A stretch of DNA of 64,000 nucleotides. Origin: Bacteriovoracaceae bacterium (GTDB lineage Bacteria; Bdellovibrionota; Bacteriovoracia; Bacteriovoracales; Bacteriovoracaceae). The notes beneath the pieces are model-generated. The model was not told the origin of the DNA, ran no database searches, and saw only the letters and a list, made by a program, of their open reading frames with translations. The stretch's first letter is position 1; each line of letters starts with the position of its first letter. The stretch lies in the NCBI GenBank assembly GCA_048266825.1, contig JBLWYP010000007.1:89983-153982 (forward strand). Reading direction: 5' to 3'. Made by a program: the position numbers and the translations under genes. Positions 37,682 to 48,253 of the stretch are shown in pieces.

Positions 37682-40600
37682 GATATTTCTTATAGTGTTA
37701 CTTGGGTTAATGGCCTTGACGTTTGTTTCTTGGCGATTAATTCAAACAGAAAGATTTGGTTCTTTGTTAAGTTCACGTATTGCTACGATTGCTAAAGAGA
37801 AAATGAATATAGAGCTGGATTTCCAAAGAGTGGAATTAGAACTGTTTCCCATTTCCACAAAATTAATCAACGTCAAAATTAATCAAAATAACTACGCGCT
37901 AGAAGCCGGTAATGTATCATTAATCTTTGGAATCAGAGACCTATTTGCAAAGAAGTTTTCTATAGGGAAAATCGTAATTAATGAAAGCTTGATAAGTATC
38001 CCTAAAATTAATCCAAGTAAGAATAACGAAAAATTTAATTTGAATACGTATTTTGAAAACTATCAACAATTTCTTTTTGAAGAAGCTTCTTTTCAGTTGA
38101 GAGGTGTTGAAGTTTATAACACTAAAATTGATTATGATAACAATAAGAGTACTGTTTATGCTTTAAACTTAAGTTTTTACAAAAATATCATTACTGCAAA
38201 TGTAAATGCCTCTACAGATAAGTTAGTTTTAGAGTCACTATACGATAAAGCCTCCAGTTTACCAGATATAGATGGTTTAAAAGCAGCTCTTCAAATAACA
38301 AAAGATAATATAAGGGTGAAAGATTTAAGCATCTTAAGTGAAACCAGCTCTGTAAGCATTTCCACTAAGATCTTAGCAGATGGGAAAATTTCAGATGGTG
38401 AACTTAGTGGCTTTATAGAATTAAATAAATTAAAAACTTCGATTCCTAGTGGGCTAGTTAATGAGAAACTCCTTCCTGAGGGAGGTTTAAATTTTAAAAT
38501 AAAGTTTAAGGAGATAAGTGGTATTCCCGTATTTAATGGTAGCTTTCATGGGAAAGGCTTAGATGCAGGTTTTTATAATCTAGATGAAGTAAGTGGAGAA
38601 ATAGATTCTGATGGGAAAACCTTATCTCTTAAAAATCTAAGCGGTATAATGAATAAAGGGAACCTTTATATCGATGACAGAGTCGCAATATATAACTGGG
38701 ATGAAGAAAAAATAATTGATCCACGCTTTGATATAAGAATTAAAAATATTTTCTCAAATGACTTATTATTTTTTATAGATGGTTTGAATAGTGCAAAATT
38801 CTCTTTGAATGGAGTTCTAGGGGTTGAATTCTTAAAAAATAAATTTATCTTATCTGCGAAAAATAAAGTTGGACTTACTGACTTTAAATTACTCTCGAAG
38901 GATGGAGGAATTATTGTTGCCAATGATCTAGTAGAGATCGAAGACAGGGGAATAATAGATATTAGATATGATGGGCAAGTCGACTTTAGTACATTCCTAA
39001 AAATTAAGAGTAGTAAAATTGGACTGTTTGGCTATGTAAATGGAAATGAGGTTAATGTTGATGTTGGAGATACTTGGATTGATTTCGAAGAGCTTGGACC
39101 AATTGTTGGAGCACAGGTCATTGGAAAGGGAGATGTTAAGGGAAGAATAATTGGCCCTCTTGAGGACGTTGTTTTTGACTTGGACATGAATCAGAAAGAA
39201 TTTGAGATTATAGATTTTAAACTAGGCAGTATAAATGGAAAAATGAAATATCATCTTGATTCTCAACGAATGGAGCTACGTCAGATTGAAGGAGCCTATC
39301 GAAGTATTGAGTATACTGCAGACGGAAATCTATTTTTTGATAAAAATGTAAATGATCAACTAAATATCGGGATAAATATATTAAAGGGTACTCTTGAGGA
39401 TGCTCGTGTTGCCTTGTCACCTATAGTGAGCCCTTTAAAAAAATACTTAGATAAAGTTAGTTTTAATTTTAGATCAAGTGTTTATTTAAAAGGAAAAATG
39501 AATGTACCCAATATGCGTGTTAAGGGCAATCTCCATACAAGCAATTTGATGGTTAGTAACGAAGATATTGATACCATATCAGGTGATTTCAACTTAGATA
39601 ATAATACAATTCGATGGGAAAACATCAAGGCCAAGAAGGTTTCAGGAGCCTTGACTGGGGAAAGTGTTTATAATTTAGGTACAAAGGAGTTTTCTTATAG
39701 GTTTAGTCTAAGTTCTTTAAGGTTAAAAGATATTCTTTACTATAGACTTATGTCTCTAGGATTAGATGGGGAAGCCTTTGGAGAATTCTATGGTGTTGGA
39801 GAAGGTGGTAACTTCAGTTCGAGAAGTCATATCCGTGTAACCAATAGCTCCATTGAAAATTTTAAATTAGATGACTCTGTACTCACTGTTTATAATAATA
39901 ATACAGACCTCTTCTTTAGTGGAACGCTTATTGGCGGAGATGCAAGTGTTGAGGGGTATCTAAACTTAAACGATAAAGACCAAGATAAATTAAGTAGTGT
40001 TACTGCTAAGGTTAAGTCTGACGAGATCAAAGTACTTGCAGGTATATTAAGTCAACACAATATTTTTAATAAAGACCTTAAGGGGCGCATCGAATCTACT
40101 GTGCAAGTTGATTTTGATATTAATAATATAGAAACTCTCAATATGATTGGTTCTCTTGATAGAGCAGAGCTTCATTATTCAGGAATAGATTTCAAACTGA
40201 AGAAAAGACCATCTATTGTAGAAATCGAAAATGGTGAATTTAAAAACTGGAATTACCATTTTGCCGGTGATGGGATTGATCTTCAATCAATAGGTAGTGG
40301 AAAGATCGGTGACGAATTTAGACTTGTCCATAAATTTAGCGTCAATAGTGCAATATTAGAATTAGTGAACGATAAAATAGAAAACTCATACGGAACATTA
40401 AAAGGTGAGCATGTCATTTTCAGCTCAGATAGAGTTAAAAATTTTTTAACACTGGCAGGGGATAATATAAGTCTTAAGGCAAAGAAACTTCCAGGACTTA
40501 TTACCAATTTGAATTTAGATGTTTCCATGGATAATGACCGTGTCGTTATAAATTCTCTAAAAGGAAGCTATGGGAATGGTGAGGTCGCAGGTAGCGGTGT

Positions 40601-41687
40601 GGTTAAACTTAAGTTTCCTTTTCCTGAAATTGACTTAAAGTTAAATGTTGAGAAAACGCGTTATCCTTTATTCAAAAAAAGTGGGATTGTACTGTCTGGA
40701 GATCTGAGTTTTAAAGGAAAGAAGTTACCCTATGACTTAACGGGAGATCTCGCTATCATTAGTGGCGAAATAATTGAGGAAACAAATGAACTCGCCTCTT
40801 CAGCGATAAGTGATGAAAGTTATCAACGCTATATCCCAGTAGGATATCTTGAAGGTAATATAAGTTTTATGAAGAATAATATTCGAATCATTAGCTTTGA
40901 TCCTATAAAGATCAAGAATGGAATGATGAACCTAGGTTTACTAGGAAATATGAAAATCTTTGGAACTTTATCCAACCCTAAGTTCAATGGAGTATTATCT
41001 CTTAGTAATAATGAAAACAAGTTTCTATTTAAAGGACATGAGTTTTTATTAAGTGAAGGTATTATTCACTTTGTTGATGGGGCAAGAAAGGAAAGTCCCG
41101 ATTTACGCTTTGCTGGAACTGCTAAAATCAATGAATATGATGTTTATATAAATGTATCTGGGCCAGCCGATAGCTTAGTGGTAGAGATGAGTTCCAACCC
41201 ACCGCTAATACAAGGGGATATTCTCTCTTTACTTACTTTAGGTGTAACGAGTGATGTTTCTAAAAACTTGGGAGAAAGGCAAAGACAGTCGGTTACGACA
41301 TTGTCTATTGGAAGCTTAATTATGGATCAGCTTAAAATTAATCAAAGCTTAAATGATAGTTTAGGGCTGAGGCTTAGTGTTCAGCCAGAGTTTGAAGAGG
41401 ATGGTACAAGCTTACTCGAAGGTAAAGTGGATGATGCTTCTAGTAATAATAGATTACAGTCTGCAACAGTAGTAAGAGTTCAAAAACGTATTAATAAGAA
41501 AGTTAATCTCTCAGTAAGTTCTACTGTTGGGGGTAGTGTTGTTCAAAGTCAGGAAATGAATATAAATTATAAGATAAATAAAATGTGGTCGTTAGAAGGT
41601 GTTTATGAAGTAAAATCTAATGACGAACTGGAGCAACAGATTCCAGATTCAGTGGGAGCAGATGTAAAGTATCAATGGTCATTTTAA
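37665..41687 (+). CDS. tamB: TamB-like translocation and assembly module protein (DUF490/AsmA-like)
   Basis: 1340 aa. TTG start, N-terminal signal anchor (IFLIVLLGLMALTFVSW), long beta-rich body, and a DUF490-like C-terminus ending ADVKYQWSF. Confidence 0.8.
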   Translation: MKSTNKIFLIVLLGLMALTFVSWRLIQTERFGSLLSSRIATIAKEKMNIELDFQRVELELFPISTKLINVKINQNNYALEAGNVSLIFGIRDLFAKKFSIGKIVINESLISIPKINPSKNNEKFNLNTYFENYQQFLFEEASFQLRGVEVYNTKIDYDNNKSTVYALNLSFYKNIITANVNASTDKLVLESLYDKASSLPDIDGLKAALQITKDNIRVKDLSILSETSSVSISTKILADGKISDGELSGFIELNKLKTSIPSGLVNEKLLPEGGLNFKIKFKEISGIPVFNGSFHGKGLDAGFYNLDEVSGEIDSDGKTLSLKNLSGIMNKGNLYIDDRVAIYNWDEEKIIDPRFDIRIKNIFSNDLLFFIDGLNSAKFSLNGVLGVEFLKNKFILSAKNKVGLTDFKLLSKDGGIIVANDLVEIEDRGIIDIRYDGQVDFSTFLKIKSSKIGLFGYVNGNEVNVDVGDTWIDFEELGPIVGAQVIGKGDVKGRIIGPLEDVVFDLDMNQKEFEIIDFKLGSINGKMKYHLDSQRMELRQIEGAYRSIEYTADGNLFFDKNVNDQLNIGINILKGTLEDARVALSPIVSPLKKYLDKVSFNFRSSVYLKGKMNVPNMRVKGNLHTSNLMVSNEDIDTISGDFNLDNNTIRWENIKAKKVSGALTGESVYNLGTKEFSYRFSLSSLRLKDILYYRLMSLGLDGEAFGEFYGVGEGGNFSSRSHIRVTNSSIENFKLDDSVLTVYNNNTDLFFSGTLIGGDASVEGYLNLNDKDQDKLSSVTAKVKSDEIKVLAGILSQHNIFNKDLKGRIESTVQVDFDINNIETLNMIGSLDRAELHYSGIDFKLKKRPSIVEIENGEFKNWNYHFAGDGIDLQSIGSGKIGDEFRLVHKFSVNSAILELVNDKIENSYGTLKGEHVIFSSDRVKNFLTLAGDNISLKAKKLPGLITNLNLDVSMDNDRVVINSLKGSYGNGEVAGSGVVKLKFPFPEIDLKLNVEKTRYPLFKKSGIVLSGDLSFKGKKLPYDLTGDLAIISGEIIEETNELASSAISDESYQRYIPVGYLEGNISFMKNNIRIISFDPIKIKNGMMNLGLLGNMKIFGTLSNPKFNGVLSLSNNENKFLFKGHEFLLSEGIIHFVDGARKESPDLRFAGTAKINEYDVYINVSGPADSLVVEMSSNPPLIQGDILSLLTLGVTSDVSKNLGERQRQSVTTLSIGSLIMDQLKINQSLNDSLGLRLSVQPEFEEDGTSLLEGKVDDASSNNRLQSATVVRVQKRINKKVNLSVSSTVGGSVVQSQEMNINYKINKMWSLEGVYEVKSNDELEQQIPDSVGADVKYQWSF

Positions 41688-44503
41688 GATTTCTAACCCT
41701 ATTTATGTCTCTGGTAACTTTCGCAGCAAATGCTAAGGTTCCCGAGATTATTTGTACACCTAAGGAGTTGTGTGCAGATATCAATATTAAGGTAGAAGAG
41801 CTCAAAGAGTCAGAGATCTCTGAGGAAGCCTTTCTTGATAGAGTTCAGTCAATCGCTTTGGATAACAGTATCAGGCTTTTTCAAATTTATACGTTAGCAA
41901 ATGAAAAATATTATCTGATTGAAAAGAAATCTATCGTTCAAAATATTAATATTATAGCTAATGAAGAATTAGATATTGATAAAATATTAAGAATCTCGCA
42001 GTTGCAAGAAGGTGTTTTCTATAGCGAAGTCGAAGTTGAAGCAGCTAAAGCTAAAATCAAAGAATGGCTTGAAGAGAGAGGCTATCAGGATATATTCATT
42101 GATATTGCCGAAAAGGGTCATGCTCGTGGCTACGTCACCCTCGATATATCGGTTAAGTATCAAGGGAAGGTTACTTTACAAGATGTCATTGTAACAGGCC
42201 AAGAAAACGATATTACTGTTGAACTAATGAGAGGGCTACGCAAAGGAAAAGGGAAGGTCTATAGTCGAGTCCAAACTAAGCTCGAGGTCGATCGAATAGT
42301 CTCAGAACTAAAAAAAATGGGATATTTAAATGCTTCAATTGAATTTAATGAAGAAAAATTAAGTGAAGAGAAGAGAAACCTATATTTAAAGATTTCCTTA
42401 GGAGTTAGAACTCAGTTTTCCTTCTCTGGTAATGTATATCTCACAAGTGAAGAGTTGTTGATCGATATAAAGAAGTCTCTTCTCGATGGGGCGTCTGTCC
42501 TTCGCGTAGAAGATATTGCTAAGGTTATTAAGAAGAGCTATTTGGCCTTAGGGCTATATAATACTAAAGTTAAGTTCTACGAAAGAGTCGGTGAATCAGT
42601 TGATCATTCAGAAGTTAAAACGATGTTCTTTGATATTAGCGAAGGTAAAAAAATTAGACTTAAAAGTCTGAGTTTTAAAGGTAACCTACTCTTAGATATA
42701 TCCACCCTTCGTAATATCTTCTATGACAATGCGAATACCCTAGCTTCAAGAGACTTTTTAGATGAAAACTATCTTGATAATTTTTCTAATATTCTTAAAG
42801 ATTATTACCTGCAGCGCGGGTTTGTTTTTATCGATATCTCCAGACCACGAATTATTTTTAATAAAGATAGAAGCTTTGCAGATGTCTCTTATACGATTAA
42901 GGAACGACAACAATCACTTCTTTCTGCAATAAACTTAGAGGGAATTCCAGCTAATCAAAAAGCAAGAGTTTTGTCTGAATTAAAAAATCAAGTGAACAGA
43001 CCTTTAAATGTTGTAGAGCTCGAAAATGATTTAGCGCGAGCTCTAAATGTATTAAGAGACTTAGGCTATTTCTATGCGGAAATTAAGAATCTAGATGAAG
43101 ACAATGTTGTTACGTATGATATGAACTTCACCAGGTCTCAAATCAATTTAAAATTTAATCTAGGTAAAATTACTCGATTTGAAAATCTGGTCTTGTCGGG
43201 AAATAGAATAACAAAAGACGTTGTTCTTACGAGAGAGGTAAAGCTAGTCAAAGGAGACTCCATAACTCCTCAGAGATTGAAGCTCATTCAAGATAAAATT
43301 AACTCTCTTGGTCTATTTGCACGAGTCCAGGTCATTCCCATTGTTACAAATAAGCTGAGTAATGAAGAATATAATAAAACTAATGTAATTATACAGGTTC
43401 AAGAAAAAAAGTTTGGTCGTGGCGAGATTGCTCCAGGCTATAGAACAGATATTGGTGCGAAGTTATCAATGCTACTTACAAAGAGTAATCTCTTTGGTTT
43501 AAATGATTCTGGTTCTTTAAAGTTTCAGGTAAATAGAAGATTCGACTTAAGTCAGTTTGATGAGAGAAGGTCTCAAAGTAATAAGCACCTTATCGAAGGA
43601 CTGAGTACTGTCAGCTATAATTTTCCTTATCTTATGAACTTTGTGGATTTTAATGGCAACTTTTCTGTACAAAGAAGAAGGTTCTATAGTTTTGATGCAG
43701 ATATATTTAGAATTTCTCCTCAGTTTACAAAGCAGATAAATAAGTACCTTGGAGCAACACTAAAATATCAATATGAAAGTATCCGTCAGTTTGATGCTAC
43801 TCAAGATAAAGATAAGGCAACCTTTCAAATTGGAAGCTTAACCCCTGGGATAACACTTGATCTTAGAGATAGCCCTGTATCACCTCGTTCAGGAGCTTAT
43901 TTTGGTTTAAGCTGGGAATTTGCCAACCCTTATTTTGGAAGCCAAAGAGATGAGGATATTGAAATTAATTTCTCCAAAGTTATATCGAGAAATAGATTTT
44001 ATATCCCAATAGTAGATAAAACATTTGTCTTGGCCTTAAGTATGTCCATGGGGATGCAGGAGAACTACGCTACAGCCACGACAGTTAATAGTAGTGGGGA
44101 TGAACAGTCGGTAGGATATATACCCTCTATTAAGGTGTTCCGTTTGGATGGATTTGACGTTGTTAGAGGATATTCTGATAGCGAGATAAACCGTCTTGAT
44201 AGTGGAGAAGATATTACGGTAAAAAGAATTGAGGGAAAGGCATTCTTTGCTAACTTTAAATTCGAGCCCAGATATTATGCAAGTGATAGTTTTGTTGTAG
44301 GACCCTTTCTTGATGCAGGACGACTCTTTATTGATTCTTTTAAACCACTCGATTTAAGAACTTCTGTAGGATTAACCTTGAAATTTTTAACGCCAGTCGG
44401 TACATTAGACTTCGATTATGGTGTAAAATTGAAGAGAAGGGATCTCGATAGTACAGGAAGGGAGTCTTTTGGAAGATTTCATCTGAGTATTGGGTATTTT
44501 TAA
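41675..44503 (+). CDS. bamA: Omp85-family outer-membrane protein assembly factor BamA
   Basis: 942 aa. Signal peptide, multiple POTRA-like repeats, C-terminal beta-barrel ending in the beta-signal GRFHLSIGYF. 13-nt overlap with tamB. Confidence 0.88.
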   Translation: MVILRFLTLFMSLVTFAANAKVPEIICTPKELCADINIKVEELKESEISEEAFLDRVQSIALDNSIRLFQIYTLANEKYYLIEKKSIVQNINIIANEELDIDKILRISQLQEGVFYSEVEVEAAKAKIKEWLEERGYQDIFIDIAEKGHARGYVTLDISVKYQGKVTLQDVIVTGQENDITVELMRGLRKGKGKVYSRVQTKLEVDRIVSELKKMGYLNASIEFNEEKLSEEKRNLYLKISLGVRTQFSFSGNVYLTSEELLIDIKKSLLDGASVLRVEDIAKVIKKSYLALGLYNTKVKFYERVGESVDHSEVKTMFFDISEGKKIRLKSLSFKGNLLLDISTLRNIFYDNANTLASRDFLDENYLDNFSNILKDYYLQRGFVFIDISRPRIIFNKDRSFADVSYTIKERQQSLLSAINLEGIPANQKARVLSELKNQVNRPLNVVELENDLARALNVLRDLGYFYAEIKNLDEDNVVTYDMNFTRSQINLKFNLGKITRFENLVLSGNRITKDVVLTREVKLVKGDSITPQRLKLIQDKINSLGLFARVQVIPIVTNKLSNEEYNKTNVIIQVQEKKFGRGEIAPGYRTDIGAKLSMLLTKSNLFGLNDSGSLKFQVNRRFDLSQFDERRSQSNKHLIEGLSTVSYNFPYLMNFVDFNGNFSVQRRRFYSFDADIFRISPQFTKQINKYLGATLKYQYESIRQFDATQDKDKATFQIGSLTPGITLDLRDSPVSPRSGAYFGLSWEFANPYFGSQRDEDIEINFSKVISRNRFYIPIVDKTFVLALSMSMGMQENYATATTVNSSGDEQSVGYIPSIKVFRLDGFDVVRGYSDSEINRLDSGEDITVKRIEGKAFFANFKFEPRYYASDSFVVGPFLDAGRLFIDSFKPLDLRTSVGLTLKFLTPVGTLDFDYGVKLKRRDLDSTGRESFGRFHLSIGYF

Positions 44504-44524
44504 CCCAATTCGTAAAAATGATAC

Positions 44525-44554
44525 TTGACGATGGGCCCAATAATCTATTATATA
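44525..44554 (+). promoter_or_regulatory. Candidate sigma70-type promoter of rplM-rpsI
   Basis: TTGACG (44525-44530), then a 17-18 nt spacer, then TTATAT/TATATA (44548-44554), about 60 nt upstream of the rplM ATG. Confidence 0.35.
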
Positions 44555-44615
44555 CCTTTTACTTATATAATTTGTAGAATTGATGCTAAATAAAAGCTGT
44601 TGAAGGATTGCTCCT

Positions 44616-45053
44616 ATGTATACTCAAAAATCGTTCGTGTTGAAACCTGCTGATGCAGAAAAAAAATGGTACATCGTTGATGCCGAAGGACAAACTGTTG
44701 GACGTTTGGCCACTGAGCTAGCTAATGTACTTAGAGGGAAGAACAACCCACAATATACTCCACATACTGATTCAGGTGACTTCGTTGTTGTTGTTAACGC
44801 TGATAAAGTTGTATTCACTGGCGCTAAGCTAGATAAGAAAGTATACTACCGTCACTCAGGTTACGTTGGTGGACTTAAAGAAAGAACAGCTCGTGAGCAA
44901 CTAGATAGACAACCTACTAAAGTTCTTATGGCCGCTGTAAAAGGTATGCTTCCTAAGAATTCTTTAGGACGTAAGCAACTAACTAAGCTCAAGGTATTCG
45001 CTGGTACTGAGCATGCTCATGAGGCGCAACAACCTCAAGAGCTTAAATTATAA
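44616..45053 (+). CDS. rplM: 50S ribosomal protein L13
   Basis: 145 aa. KWYIVDAEGQTVGRLAT...LRGKNNPQYTPH, typical L13. Confidence 0.97.
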   Translation: MYTQKSFVLKPADAEKKWYIVDAEGQTVGRLATELANVLRGKNNPQYTPHTDSGDFVVVVNADKVVFTGAKLDKKVYYRHSGYVGGLKERTAREQLDRQPTKVLMAAVKGMLPKNSLGRKQLTKLKVFAGTEHAHEAQQPQELKL

Positions 45054-45080
45054 TTAAAATAGATTAAAAGGATTGTTGGA

Positions 45081-45488
45081 ATGGCTGCAAAAGGTAAAAC
45101 GTACGACGCGCACACTGTTGGTAGAAGAAAGTCTTCTGTTGCAAGAGTTTACTTATCAAACTCTGGTAAAGGTTCAGTAACTATCAATAACCGTGATATT
45201 AAAGATTACTTTCCAAAAGCAACAGATCGTTATGTGGTTAACCAACCTCTTAACCTTCTTAAAATTGCTGAAAAATATGACCTAAAGATCAACGTAAGAG
45301 GTGGTGGAACAACTGGACAAGCCGGAGCGATTCGTCTTGGTGTTGCTCGTGCAATTCTTAAGTTAGATCCAACGATCAGAGCTGAGCTTAAACTTGCTGG
45401 ATTCCTTACTCGTGACTCGAGAAAAGTTGAAAGAAAGAAACCTGGTCAGCCTGGTGCACGTAAGAGATTCCAATTCTCTAAACGTTAA
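45081..45488 (+). CDS. rpsI: 30S ribosomal protein S9
   Basis: 135 aa. [18 protein letters not shown]...[26 protein letters not shown]. Confidence 0.97.
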   Translation: MAAKGKTYDAHTVGRRKSSVARVYLSNSGKGSVTINNRDIKDYFPKATDRYVVNQPLNLLKIAEKYDLKINVRGGGTTGQAGAIRLGVARAILKLDPTIRAELKLAGFLTRDSRKVERKKPGQPGARKRFQFSKR

Positions 45489-45513
45489 TTTCAAAAAAAT
45501 TATTTCAAATATC

Positions 45514-45544
45514 AAAAGGCTCCTTATACAGGAGCCTTTTTTTA
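45514..45544 (+). terminator. Rho-independent terminator of rplM-rpsI
   Basis: GGCTCC (45518-45523), 7-nt loop, GGAGCC (45531-45536), then a T7 run. A-run upstream. Confidence 0.8.
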
Positions 45545-45602
45545 TTCACTTGTCGAAATATGTAACATTCCCGATTGATAGCTTTGTAGGTAGTGTGTAC
45601 TA

Positions 45603-48200
45603 GTGAAAACAGTTAAAAATATATCTATTCGAGGCGCCAAGACTCATAACCTTAAAGGTGTGGATCTTGAAATACCTATTCAAAAGATCAGTTGTATTTA
45701 TGGGCCTTCGGGCTCAGGTAAATCCTCTCTGGCTTTTCACACCTTACTAGCAGAATCAAAACGACGTTATTTAAACTCTCTTCCCAATGATGTTAAATTC
45801 TTTTGGAATATGCCAACGGCCGCTGAAGTGGATTCAATATATCCTGTATTGCCAGTATGGGGACTTGCTCAAAGCAATCCAATCCTAGGTGCACGTCCTA
45901 ACTTTGCTGATTCAATGGGTTTAACGGAAATGGTTCAACGGCTTTATCATAGTTGGGCAGAGACTTGTTGCCCTACTCATTTAAAGCCGCTTATTCCTAT
46001 TGATATGGATGAAGTTTTTGAAAGTGAATTGAAGCAATATTCATTAGAGGATAATGAGGTATTACATTTCTTAATTGATCGAAGTACTTATCAAGAAATT
46101 TTTCCTGATGGACCTTTTCCCAGTAGAAGCTATGACTTTGAAACTGATGAGATCGTCACCTTCGATGAACAGATGCTGTATTGGGAGCTATTTCGAATAA
46201 AGTATTCAGGGATTAATAAACTTAAGAAGAAGTTAAGTGAATATGCAATAGATCCCAATAAAATATTTTTTACTTTTAAAGATAAAGGCGGGCTTTACAA
46301 GTTTCCAGAGGGAGGGGGTTATAAGTGCGAGGAGTGTGATTATGCTCGTGAGCGAATAACTTTTTCTCCGGATGAACTTAGCCCATATAGCGCCTCTGGA
46401 GCCTGTCCCAGTTGCAGTGGCCATGGAATGAATCTTGAGTACGACAGAACAAAGGTTGTTAAGTATCCTTATCTGTCGATTGGAGAGGGGGCGATATCAT
46501 TATTAGAGTCTTCTCATTTTTCTTATCTATACCCTTGTTTAGAAAAAGAATTAAAAAAACAAAAGATTAGCTTACATAAACCTTTTGAAGAGCTTGCGCA
46601 GGATAAATTGTGGAAACTTCTTGAGGAAGGTGCAGGGGATTTTCCAGGACTGAAGTCTTGTTATGATTATCTTGAGTCAAAGAGATATAAGAGAAGTGTT
46701 CGTATATTTTCAAGAAAGTTAAAGACGGAGATCCTTTGTGAAAGCTGCAAAGGAACAAGAATAAATCCTTTGGTACACAACTTAATTATCCCTGGTTCCA
46801 AACTTCGCTATGTAGACTTCTATAAATTAAATTTGGATTCTTCTTATGAAGAAGTGTTAAAGCTTAAAAATATTAAACTCAAGGGGGCCTTTCTAAAACG
46901 TGTAGAAGCAATAGAATCTGTTTTAGAAATGGCCATTAGCCTCGGACTTGGAAGATTACCGCTCACACGTAAGGCAAAGAGTCTAAGTAGCTCTGAATAT
47001 CAGAGATGTATATTAACAAAAATATTAAGCTATCAAGGATCAGGTTCATTATTTGTTCTGGATGAGCCCTCTCGCGATTTAACCATTGATGAGCAAAAGT
47101 CTCTCTTTACATCATTAGAAAGTATTAAAGATCAGGGGAACACGATTTTACTCGTTGAACATAGTGAGTATATGAAGTCTCAGTCGGACTTTCTGATCGA
47201 GATGGGCCCTGGTGCTGGACCTGAGGGCGGAGAGATACTTAATACAAAAACTCAGAAGAAAAAAGTTTATAAAGATAGTGCTCTTGAAGAAAAATCAATA
47301 AAAGCGAAGATGAATATTCATGTAGAGGCTATTGAAATAGAAGGACGAGAATTTCAATCTCTTAAAATTCCAATAGGAAAGACCACGGCCATATGGGGAG
47401 ACTCGAGCTCTCTTAAGAATTCTTTTTTGATCGACTACATGGCCAATACTTTAAATTATAATATCTATGAATCACCTCTAACGGATATGCGCTATCTCTT
47501 AGAAGATAAAGTGAAGGCAGATTTTCAATTTGAAGGTCTGTATCTCTTTGATTCACAAGTGACTCGAACGAACTCAAGGTCAACAGTAGGTACTAGTATT
47601 GGACTGGCGACAGAGCTTAGAAAATACTTTGCTTCACTTGTCGTTAGCAAGAATCTTGGGCTTAGTGCTGGTCACTTTTCTCCTAATTCTGAACTTGGTC
47701 GATGTCCGACTTGTGAAGGTAAAGGAATTAAAGAAGTTGAGATGAGCTTTCTTGAAGATATAACTTTGGTTTGTGAAGACTGTGATGGAAAACAACTCCG
47801 TCCTTTTATATCTAATATAACGGATGGTCACTTTAGTGTTTATGAAGCATTGAACCGTCCTATGCAAGAGGTTATCCCTCACTTAAAGCTAACTCCAAAA
47901 TATAAAAAGATTTGGGATTTAGTAAAAATTCTAAAACTAGAATATCTAAGCCTTAATCGCTCATTGAGTTCACTTTCTGGAGGAGAGCGATTAAGAATTA
48001 AACTTCTTTCACAGTTATCTAAGAAGCTGGAAAATAGTCTATTGATCTTTGAAAATATTAGCTCGGGTCTCTCCGAGGCTGAAGTGTCGAAACTATTTGA
48101 TTTTATTGACTCTCTTAAGTTTAAAGGCAATTCCCTTATTATTATTGATCAAAATCCTGTGATCATAAATAAAGCAGAAAACACAATAATGCTTAAATAA
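45603..48200 (+). CDS. Divergent UvrA-like ABC ATPase (UvrA paralogue)
   Basis: 865 aa, GTG start. N-terminus IRGAKTHNLKGVDLEIPIQKISCIYGPSGSGKSSLAF closely parallels UvrA. UvrA-type Zn modules are present (CEECDY...CPSCSGHG; CESCKGTR; CPTCEGKG...CEDCDGKQ). The second Walker A and Walker B are degenerate. Confidence 0.85.
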   Translation: MKTVKNISIRGAKTHNLKGVDLEIPIQKISCIYGPSGSGKSSLAFHTLLAESKRRYLNSLPNDVKFFWNMPTAAEVDSIYPVLPVWGLAQSNPILGARPNFADSMGLTEMVQRLYHSWAETCCPTHLKPLIPIDMDEVFESELKQYSLEDNEVLHFLIDRSTYQEIFPDGPFPSRSYDFETDEIVTFDEQMLYWELFRIKYSGINKLKKKLSEYAIDPNKIFFTFKDKGGLYKFPEGGGYKCEECDYARERITFSPDELSPYSASGACPSCSGHGMNLEYDRTKVVKYPYLSIGEGAISLLESSHFSYLYPCLEKELKKQKISLHKPFEELAQDKLWKLLEEGAGDFPGLKSCYDYLESKRYKRSVRIFSRKLKTEILCESCKGTRINPLVHNLIIPGSKLRYVDFYKLNLDSSYEEVLKLKNIKLKGAFLKRVEAIESVLEMAISLGLGRLPLTRKAKSLSSSEYQRCILTKILSYQGSGSLFVLDEPSRDLTIDEQKSLFTSLESIKDQGNTILLVEHSEYMKSQSDFLIEMGPGAGPEGGEILNTKTQKKKVYKDSALEEKSIKAKMNIHVEAIEIEGREFQSLKIPIGKTTAIWGDSSSLKNSFLIDYMANTLNYNIYESPLTDMRYLLEDKVKADFQFEGLYLFDSQVTRTNSRSTVGTSIGLATELRKYFASLVVSKNLGLSAGHFSPNSELGRCPTCEGKGIKEVEMSFLEDITLVCEDCDGKQLRPFISNITDGHFSVYEALNRPMQEVIPHLKLTPKYKKIWDLVKILKLEYLSLNRSLSSLSGGERLRIKLLSQLSKKLENSLLIFENISSGLSEAEVSKLFDFIDSLKFKGNSLIIIDQNPVIINKAENTIMLK

Positions 48201-48253
48201 CCGACCTTTCTTGTAAAGTTTTGTTCCCTACATACCGAATCATTAGATAGATA

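Noticed and set aside
45394-45603. 69-aa ORF overlapping the rpsI 3' end and running across the rpsI terminator.
   Set aside because: It starts inside rpsI in another frame and reads through a clear rho-independent terminator, so it is implausible as a gene.
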